Source: an uncultured bacterium | GTDB taxonomy: Bacteria > Actinomycetota > Acidimicrobiia > Spongiisociales > UBA5794 | Reading direction: 5' to 3' | Assembly: GCA_963801165.1 (NCBI GenBank) | Contig: CAWDDT010000006.1 | Location: forward strand, 64,001 to 128,000 | DNA: 64,000 nt | Shown: in pieces, positions 57,266-64,000 of the stretch | Numbering within the stretch: position 1 is the first letter of the stretch | How the letters are laid out: every line of letters starts with the position of its first letter | Translations under genes and position numbers: made by a program | The notes under the pieces: generated by a model | The model's input: the letters and a program-made list of their open reading frames with translations, nothing else | Told to the model about the DNA's origin: nothing | The model's database searches: none

Positions 57266-58159
57266 ATGAACACGTCCGACTCACAACGAGGCACCGATCT
57301 GGTCAAGAGAGGTCTGGCTGAGATGCTCAAGGGCGGCGTCATCATGGATGTCGTCAATGTGGAGCAAGCGCGAATCGCAGAGGAAGCCGGTGCGGTGGCT
57401 GTGATGGCGTTGGAGCGGGTACCCGCCGATATCCGTGCGATGGGTGGCGTAGCCCGGATGGCCGACCCGACCATCGTCGAAGACATCGTAAATGCGGTCT
57501 CGATCCCGGTTATGGCAAAGGCGCGCATCGGGCATTTCGTCGAGGCTCAGGTACTCCAATCGCTTGGTGTCGACTACATCGACGAATCCGAGGTGTTGAC
57601 CCCCGTCGACGAGAACCATATCGACAAGTGGAAGTTCACCGTCCCGTTCGTGTGTGGGGCCAAGGACCTAGGCGAGGCGCTTCGCCGCATCGGCGAAGGT
57701 GCCGCGATGATCCGCACCAAGGGCGAGCCCGGTACGGGGAACGTCGTCGAGGCCGTCAAGCACATGCGCACGATGAACAAGCAGATACGCCGTCTGACGG
57801 TGCTCGACGACGCGGAGCTGATGGCCGCCGCCAAGGAGCTGCGCGCACCATATGCGCTGGTCAAGGAGGTCGCCGAGACCGGAAAGCTGCCGGTGGTGAA
57901 CTTTGCTGCAGGTGGTATTGCGACGCCCTCCGACTCCGCGCTGATGATGCAGCTCGGCTGTGACGGTGTCTTTGTCGGGTCCGGGATCTTCAAATCCGGT
58001 GACCCGGCGCTGCGAGCGAGGGCCATCGTCGAGGCGACGACGTTTTACACCGACCCCGGGAAGATCGCCAAGGTGTCGCGGAACCTGGGCGAGGCGATGG
58101 TGGGCATCAACATCGACACGCTCACCCCACAGGAGCGGATGCAGGACCGCGGTCTGTAG
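57266..58159 (+). CDS. pdxS: Pyridoxal 5'-phosphate synthase lyase subunit
   Basis: [25 protein letters not shown]. Confidence 0.98.
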   Translation: MNTSDSQRGTDLVKRGLAEMLKGGVIMDVVNVEQARIAEEAGAVAVMALERVPADIRAMGGVARMADPTIVEDIVNAVSIPVMAKARIGHFVEAQVLQSLGVDYIDESEVLTPVDENHIDKWKFTVPFVCGAKDLGEALRRIGEGAAMIRTKGEPGTGNVVEAVKHMRTMNKQIRRLTVLDDAELMAAAKELRAPYALVKEVAETGKLPVVNFAAGGIATPSDSALMMQLGCDGVFVGSGIFKSGDPALRARAIVEATTFYTDPGKIAKVSRNLGEAMVGINIDTLTPQERMQDRGL

Positions 58160-58752
58160 TGCCGGGCCTAGCCAAGACGATCGGTGCCCTCGCGCTCCAG
58201 GGCGATTTTCGCGAGCATCTTGCGGTGGTGCGCCGAATGGGTCTGGAGGGTGTGGAGGTACGGACGCCGGAAGAGTTGGCGGAAGTCGATGCCCTGATCA
58301 TCCCGGGCGGTGAGTCGACTGCCATCGGGCGGTTGGCATCCATCTATGGATTGATCGACCCGCTTCGCGACCGGATCGCGGATGGGTTGCCCGTTCTCGG
58401 GACGTGCGCCGGGATGATCTTCCTCGGCGCGGGCACCGTCAACCACTCGCAGCCACAGCTGGGGGTGCTCGACGTCGTGGTGGAACGCAACGCGTTCGGA
58501 CGCCAGGTCGATTCGTTTGAAGCCGACCTAAGAGTGACCGGGCTCGGCGATCCGGTCCACGCCGTTTTCATCAGAGCCCCGTGGATTCACAAGGTAGGCT
58601 CGGAAGTCGAGATACTGGCGACGGTGCCTGACCCCGAATCGGGTGACGAACATCCCGTCTTCGTGCGGCAAGGGCGTATCCTGGCAACCTCTTTTCATCC
58701 CGAACTGACCGAAGACACGAGGATTCATCAGATGCTCATGGAGGTGGGTTGA
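58159..58752 (+). CDS. pdxT: Pyridoxal 5'-phosphate synthase glutaminase subunit
   Basis: LALQG, PGGEST, GTCAG, FIRAP, FHPE. Confidence 0.97.
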   Translation: MPGLAKTIGALALQGDFREHLAVVRRMGLEGVEVRTPEELAEVDALIIPGGESTAIGRLASIYGLIDPLRDRIADGLPVLGTCAGMIFLGAGTVNHSQPQLGVLDVVVERNAFGRQVDSFEADLRVTGLGDPVHAVFIRAPWIHKVGSEVEILATVPDPESGDEHPVFVRQGRILATSFHPELTEDTRIHQMLMEVG

Positions 58753-59490
58753 ATGTCCGGGCATTCCAAATGGGCGAACATCAAACACCGCAAGGGTCGT
58801 CAAGACGCGATACGGGGGAAGCTATTCGCCAAGCTGATTCGGGCCATCGAGGCGTCCGCCCGTCAGGGGGGTGGCGACATCGCCGCCAACGCGACCCTGG
58901 CAACTGCGGTGCAGAAGGCCAAGGACGCCTCTGTCCCCAAAGACAACATCGAGCGGGCGATCTCACGTGGCATCGGGGACGAGGACGGCGCCATCTACGA
59001 CGAGGTTTGGTACGAGGGCTATGCCCCCGGCGGGGTTGCTCTCTACGTCCAGGTGCTCACCGACAACCGCAACCGGGCCGCCTCGGACGTGCGGGCTGCG
59101 TTCACCAGGAACGGAGGCAGCCTCGGTGAGCCCGGTTCGGTCGGCTATCTGTTCGAGCAGAAGGGTTACCTCGTCGCGGCCGGCGACGAGGACACGGTGA
59201 TGCTGGCGGCCCTCGAAGGAGGCGCCGACGATGTCACCGCCAGCGACGAGAGCTGGGAAATCGTCTGTGCACCCGGCGACCTCCAGTTGGTCAGGGGAGC
59301 CCTGGAAACGGCCGGTATCGCCATCGAGCAGGCCGAGGTGACCCAACTGCCTTCCGTGACGGTTACCGTCGACGAGGCCGGTGCGCCGAAGGTGCTGCGA
59401 TTGGTGGATGCTCTCGAGGATCTCGAAGACGTCCAGGCGGTATTTGGGAACTTCGACATCCCCGACGAGGTCCTCGCCTCGATGGATTGA
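58753..59490 (+). CDS. YebC/PmpR family protein
   Basis: MSGHSKWANIKHRK, YEGY.PGG, TDNRNR. Confidence 0.96.
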   Translation: MSGHSKWANIKHRKGRQDAIRGKLFAKLIRAIEASARQGGGDIAANATLATAVQKAKDASVPKDNIERAISRGIGDEDGAIYDEVWYEGYAPGGVALYVQVLTDNRNRAASDVRAAFTRNGGSLGEPGSVGYLFEQKGYLVAAGDEDTVMLAALEGGADDVTASDESWEIVCAPGDLQLVRGALETAGIAIEQAEVTQLPSVTVTVDEAGAPKVLRLVDALEDLEDVQAVFGNFDIPDEVLASMD

Positions 59491-59579
59491 GGTACGCGTC
59501 AATGGATTGACGTACGCCTCAATGGATTGAGCTGCTGGTGTCGGCTGGATTGCTTGGCTGGATTACTCGGCTGGATTAC
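59474..59579. repeat. 20-bp x3 and 13-bp x3 tandem repeats after the YebC gene
   Basis: ATGGATTGA-containing 20-mers at 59474-59533; T(C/T)GGCTGGATT(G/A)C at 59541-59579. Confidence 0.9.
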
Positions 59580-59617
59580 GAGGTCCTTGGCATGACGGAG
59601 TGCCACCCCTACGCTAG

Positions 59618-59631
59618 GGAACATATGTTCG
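59618..59631 (+). promoter_or_regulatory. LexA (SOS) box overlapping the ruvC start codon
   Basis: gGAAC-ATAT-GTTCG, matching the Gram-positive GAAC-N4-GTTC; -10 TACGCT at 59610-59615. Confidence 0.8.
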
Positions 59632-60122
59632 TCCTTGGAATCGATCCCGGTTTGTCTACGCTCGGCTACGGCGTGCTCGAAGCCCGTGGCCATCGCATCA
59701 GGGCGGTCGCCGCGGGCGCCATCCGCACCGATCCGGCCAAGGCGGTCGGCGATCGCCTCGCCGAGTTGTACCGGGACCTCGATGAGCTGATAACCGAGCA
59801 TGAGCCCGATGAAGCCGCCATCGAGCAGGTCTTCGTCAACCGCAACCTGCAGACCGCAACTACGGTTGGGAGAGCCTCGGGGGTGGCGCTGCTGGCGTTG
59901 GCGCACCACGGCGTCCCGGTTTCCGAGTACACGCCGTCCGCGGTCAAGCGGGCGCTCACCGGATATGGCAGCGCCGACAAGCTGCAGATGAGGAAGGTGG
60001 TTGCTATGCGTCTCGGCCTCACCGAGCTGCCCAGTCCGGCCGATGCCGCCGACGCTCTTGCCATAGCCTTGTGCCTCATCCAAGAGGCTCCTGTGCGCCG
60101 ACTCGTCGAGGGGGCGTCGTGA
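59625..60122 (+). CDS. ruvC: Holliday junction resolvase
   Basis: LGIDPG, AIEQVF, G.G.ADK.Q, DAADALA. Confidence 0.97.
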   Translation: MFVLGIDPGLSTLGYGVLEARGHRIRAVAAGAIRTDPAKAVGDRLAELYRDLDELITEHEPDEAAIEQVFVNRNLQTATTVGRASGVALLALAHHGVPVSEYTPSAVKRALTGYGSADKLQMRKVVAMRLGLTELPSPADAADALAIALCLIQEAPVRRLVEGAS

Positions 60123-60691
60123 TAGGCAGGTTGCGAGGAGAGATCGCCGAGAAGACCGGAGAGAGGATATTGCTCGACGTCGCCGGAGTCGGCTACGAGG
60201 TCGCGATCACCCCGGCGACCTCCAGTTCGCTGCCCGGCGTCGGTCAACCCGCCGTGCTGCATACCCACCTTCATGTGCGCGAGGACGCGATGGCGCTCTT
60301 CGGCTTCGGCGACAGCGATCAGCGCGACGTGTTCCAGGTCCTCATCGGTGTGAGCGGGGTGGGGCCCAAGCTGGCTATGGCCATTCTGGCGACGTTCGGT
60401 CCGGATCAGCTTCGTCACATCGTCCTCACCGAGGACGTGGCTGCCCTCACCTCGGTGCCTGGCATTGGCCAGCGCAGCGCTCAGAAGCTGCTGCTCGAGT
60501 TGAAGCCGAGGCTGGATGTCCCGGATTCGCCGCTCCCGGCGGGCACGCCGCTGGCAGAGGTGCGCCTGGCTCTCGAGAGCCTCGGCTACCAATCGGCGGA
60601 GATCCGGGACGTGTTGCGCGATCTGCCTGCCGGTGACTCGGTCGAGGAGTCGTTGCGGGCCGCCCTCCAGGAGTTGGGGAAGCGGCGGTGA
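60119..60691 (+). CDS. ruvA: Holliday junction branch migration protein
   Basis: GVGYEV, HVRED..LFGF, GVGPKLA. Confidence 0.97.
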   Translation: MIGRLRGEIAEKTGERILLDVAGVGYEVAITPATSSSLPGVGQPAVLHTHLHVREDAMALFGFGDSDQRDVFQVLIGVSGVGPKLAMAILATFGPDQLRHIVLTEDVAALTSVPGIGQRSAQKLLLELKPRLDVPDSPLPAGTPLAEVRLALESLGYQSAEIRDVLRDLPAGDSVEESLRAALQELGKRR

Positions 60692-60697
60692 TGGACC

Positions 60698-61723
60698 ATG
60701 CGTGACGAAGGTCCGCTCGCGACGAGCCCTCTGCCGGAGGACGATCGGGACGATGTGACGCTCCGGCCCCGGCACATGGACGATTTCGTTGGTCAGACCG
60801 AGCTGAAGGAACGCCTGTCCATTCTCATCGAAGCTGCTCGCCAGCGCGGGGAGTCGGTCGACCACGTCCTCTTCTCGGGACCACCGGGGCTCGGCAAGAC
60901 GTCGCTGGCCGCCATCCTCGCCGTCGAGATGAACGCACACTTCCAGGCCACGAGCGGGCCGGCCCTCGAGCGGCCGGGCGATCTCGCCGCCGTGATCACC
61001 AACCTGGAGCGTGGCGATGTGCTCTTCATCGATGAGATTCACCGGCTACCCCGCCAGGTCGAGGAGGTGCTGTACCCGGCGATGGAGGACTTTCAGCTCG
61101 ACATCGTCGTCGGCAAGGGCCCGGCTGCGAGGTCGATCCGTCTCGATCTCCCGCCGTTCACGCTGGTCGGCGCCACCACCCGTGTGGGGAGGGTGGCGCC
61201 GCCGCTACGTGACCGCTTCGGCTACGTGGCCCGGCTCGACTATTACAACTCCGCGGATCTCTCCCGGATCGTGATGCGATCTGCAGGGATTCTCGAGGTC
61301 AGTGTGACAACGGATGGCGCCGCCGCCGTTTCCCATCGTTCCCGCGGCACACCCCGCATAGCCAACCGGTTGTTGCGCCGCGTGCGGGATTTCGCGGCGG
61401 TGCGGTCGGACGGCATCGTCGATGAGGAGACGGCGCTCAGGGCACTCCACGTGTTCGAGGTCGATGACGCCGGTCTCGACAAGGTGGATCGGGCGGTACT
61501 AGAGGCGATCATCGGCAAGTTCGGCGGCGGGCCCGTGGGCCTGTCGACGCTGGCGATAGCGGTAGGCGAGGATCCCGAGACGGTAGAGGACGCCTACGAG
61601 CCCTACCTCTTGCAGGAAGGCTTCATCCAGCGCACGCCGCGGGGACGGGTGGCGACGCCTCACGCTTACCGGCACCTGGGCGTGGCCCCACCCGACGACG
61701 GCGGTCAAGGCACGCTCATCTGA
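60698..61723 (+). CDS. ruvB: Holliday junction branch migration helicase
   Basis: [23 protein letters not shown]. Confidence 0.98.
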   Translation: MRDEGPLATSPLPEDDRDDVTLRPRHMDDFVGQTELKERLSILIEAARQRGESVDHVLFSGPPGLGKTSLAAILAVEMNAHFQATSGPALERPGDLAAVITNLERGDVLFIDEIHRLPRQVEEVLYPAMEDFQLDIVVGKGPAARSIRLDLPPFTLVGATTRVGRVAPPLRDRFGYVARLDYYNSADLSRIVMRSAGILEVSVTTDGAAAVSHRSRGTPRIANRLLRRVRDFAAVRSDGIVDEETALRALHVFEVDDAGLDKVDRAVLEAIIGKFGGGPVGLSTLAIAVGEDPETVEDAYEPYLLQEGFIQRTPRGRVATPHAYRHLGVAPPDDGGQGTLI

Positions 61724-61815
61724 AACGGGCCCCGTGGTCGGTGTTCTCCCGCTCCGGTCGGCCCGGATACGCGGTAGGTTTGGGAGCCTGCGGCCAACTC
61801 AGGAGGGAGCTGTAC

Positions 61816-63276
61816 GTGGATTGGCTCGAGGATGATCCAGGTCTTCCGATCAAACTCGGCCCGGCTTCGAACGGGGAGTATCTTCCCCAGCCGCTGGGAC
61901 CAACGGTTACCGAGGCGCTCCGGCTGGCACGCGAGCAATGTGATCGGGTGGCCCGTAAATTGCGGATGGACCGCCGCGAGTTCCTGAAGACCGCTGCAGC
62001 ATCGGCGATAACACTCTTCTTTCTCGATCGCACAGCCGCAGCCGCGGTAGCCGAGCCCGGAGGCCGGTTCCTGATCCCTGCGGAGGCCATCTGGGAGCCG
62101 CTGGCTGCCGAGGAGCGGATCACCGGGGACGAGTTCATAATGGACGTGCAGGGGCACCTACTCGAGTACGACCTCAACCCCGCCACCCGTGGCAAGCGCT
62201 TCTGGGGCGACCAGTTCCCCCAGGTCAACTGCGGTGAGGAGGACCCGCGGGCTTGTTTCACAATGACCCACTTCATGGAGGAGATGTTCCTCCGCTCGGA
62301 TACGTCCATGGCTGTCGTCTCTGCACTGCCGATCTACCCCGAAGGCAGCCCCCTCCCCATCGAGGTCATGGAGGAGACCCGCCGCGCCGCGATCGGGCTC
62401 ACCCGCGACGACCGGATCAAGATCCACGCCCAGGTGCTGCCGCAGATAACCGACCTGGGTGCCACGTTGGAGGAGATGGAGAACGTCGCCACCAACCACC
62501 CCATCGTCGGGTGGAAGACGTTCACCCACTTCCCGGACCCCGTTACCGGCGACCACTACTGGCTCGACGATCACGAGCCCGGGGTTCCCCAGGTGGGTCG
62601 AGCGATGATCGAGAAGTCGCTGGAGCTCGGCATAAACAGAATCTGCATCCACAAGGGGCTGTCCGACGGCAGCCGGTTTGGCTCGCCGATCGACATCGGC
62701 CCGGTCGCGCGGGACTACCCGGCAATGAACTTCATCGTGTACCACTGTGGATTCGAGGTAAATGTCGTCGAAGGCCCCTATACCGAAGACACACGCAACC
62801 GGGGTGTCAACAGGTTCATCGACACGCTGCGGGAAAACGGGATCGGCCCCGGTGACAACGTCTACGGCGAGCTGGGATCGATCTGGTGGTACCTGATACG
62901 AACGCCGACGCAGGCGGCACACGTCCTGGGCAAGTTGCTCGCACAGCTCGGCGAGGAGCGAATCCTGTGGGGCACCGACTCGATCTTCTACGGCTCGCCG
63001 CAGGATCAGATCGAGGCGTTCCGTGCATTCAGCATCTCATCCGCCTTCCGGGAGAAGTACGGGTACCCGCCGTTGGGAGGCCATGCCAAACGCAGGATCT
63101 TTGGCCTCAACGCGGCCGAGCTATACGGCGTCGATCCGTTCAAGGTCCACTGGGACTTCACCAGGGCGGAGCTGGCGGAGATAAGACGCACTTTTCCCGA
63201 CGGCAACCGGACACTCGGCCCCACGACTGCCACCGAGGTACGCGCCTTCAACCGCCATCACCAGGGGTGGTTGTAA
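61816..63276 (+). CDS. Amidohydrolase family protein
   Basis: DVQGH, IHKG, YHCG, LWGTDSI, IFGLNAA; AGGAGG SD. Confidence 0.85.
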   Translation: MDWLEDDPGLPIKLGPASNGEYLPQPLGPTVTEALRLAREQCDRVARKLRMDRREFLKTAAASAITLFFLDRTAAAAVAEPGGRFLIPAEAIWEPLAAEERITGDEFIMDVQGHLLEYDLNPATRGKRFWGDQFPQVNCGEEDPRACFTMTHFMEEMFLRSDTSMAVVSALPIYPEGSPLPIEVMEETRRAAIGLTRDDRIKIHAQVLPQITDLGATLEEMENVATNHPIVGWKTFTHFPDPVTGDHYWLDDHEPGVPQVGRAMIEKSLELGINRICIHKGLSDGSRFGSPIDIGPVARDYPAMNFIVYHCGFEVNVVEGPYTEDTRNRGVNRFIDTLRENGIGPGDNVYGELGSIWWYLIRTPTQAAHVLGKLLAQLGEERILWGTDSIFYGSPQDQIEAFRAFSISSAFREKYGYPPLGGHAKRRIFGLNAAELYGVDPFKVHWDFTRAELAEIRRTFPDGNRTLGPTTATEVRAFNRHHQGWL

Positions 63277-63306
63277 TCAGTGCGGCCGGCGGGGGAACCG
63301 GTGGAG

Positions 63307-64000
63307 CTAGAACGTGGGCCCCTCGATCCAGCGCTCCGCCAGCTTGCCTATGTAGACGTCCGGGGTTGTCTGGTAGAGCGATGCGCCGCCGGTGAACGCC
63401 GCCGTTTGTAGCCGGTGGCGCTCGGTGGCGATGGCGCCGTGGACCGGGTTGGGGTCGATTCCGGCCACCAATGCCGTGTCCCGCACGAGCCGGTGGGTAA
63501 GAACGGCGAGATCGTGGTCCTGGCCGAGCTGGTCGGTCAGCGTTGCCAGCTGGACCTCCTGCTCGCCCAACTCGCCCGGGCCGAGGATATTGAGCGCCTC
63601 GACCTGGTGACGGAGGTACTTGGCGCGCTTGCGCCAGGCATGGAGCAGGGTGTCGGTCGGCGAGGTTGCCGCGTTTCGCAATGCCTTCCGCCCGCTCCGG
63701 TAGACCCGCTCCAGCCCGGGGGCGATGGACTCGAACGTGTGCGGCAGCGGCTTGTCGGGATCGCCGCCCTCCAGCATCCAGACCTTGCTCCGCTTCTTGA
63801 CGTGCTCGAGCTGCACGACAATCGACGCAACATGGGCCGCATTACCCAAAATCGCGTCGCGCTCGATCTCGTACCGGGCTTGTAGCCGCCCGCGCAGGGT
63901 GGCGACTGCCGGTGCGGCCTCCTCATCGCTGAGGCCGAGCCCGTCGAGTGTGCCCGCCATGACCCACACGTCCCGGATCCAGCCGAGCTCCGAGGCGACG
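63307..64000 (-). CDS. CHAD domain-containing protein, 5' truncated by window edge
   Basis: LHAWRKRAKYLRH, LGQDHDL. Confidence 0.85.
   Translation of the reverse strand, partial: VASELGWIRDVWVMAGTLDGLGLSDEEAAPAVATLRGRLQARYEIERDAILGNAAHVASIVVQLEHVKKRSKVWMLEGGDPDKPLPHTFESIAPGLERVYRSGRKALRNAATSPTDTLLHAWRKRAKYLRHQVEALNILGPGELGEQEVQLATLTDQLGQDHDLAVLTHRLVRDTALVAGIDPNPVHGAIATERHRLQTAAFTGGASLYQTTPDVYIGKLAERWIEGPTF

Noticed and set aside
59593-59615. PafBC/RecA-NDp promoter before ruvC
   Set aside because: TGACGG-N11-TACGCT differs from TGTCGG-N10-TAnnnT in both sequence and spacing; the LexA box is the supported signal.
1-64000. IS elements, integrases, prophage or defence systems
   Set aside because: No transposase, recombinase, phage or recognisable defence motifs in the translated ORFs.

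Overview
High-GC actinobacterial chromosomal window. Gene content (mshD, pgsA-acyltransferase-pimA, F420-type LLM enzymes, DivIVA, thrS...pdxST-yebC-ruvCAB synteny) suggests Acidimicrobiia; the class assignment is an inference. The first ~41 kb is accessory and contains several gene remnants; the last ~20 kb is core genome. I found no rRNA, tRNA, CRISPR array or transposase. Main observations: (1) a conserved structured 5' leader (-10 box, 5-bp hairpin, CACUUCUC tract, second hairpin) precedes two RRM RNA-binding paralogues and, in a more divergent form, a GT4/GH130 operon. Two of these leaders head convergent transcription units, suggesting a post-transcriptionally controlled stress/glycan module. 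(2) An AhpD-like selenoprotein (CFYU motif, SECIS-like hairpin) that the ORF track splits in two. (3) A four-way-junction RNA leader before the phosphatidylinositol/PIM operon. (4) ApbE next to a small secreted candidate flavinylation substrate and a truncated membrane reductase. (5) fhs/metV/metF with a remnant of a corrinoid activator gene. (6) Short tandem repeats at several gene boundaries.
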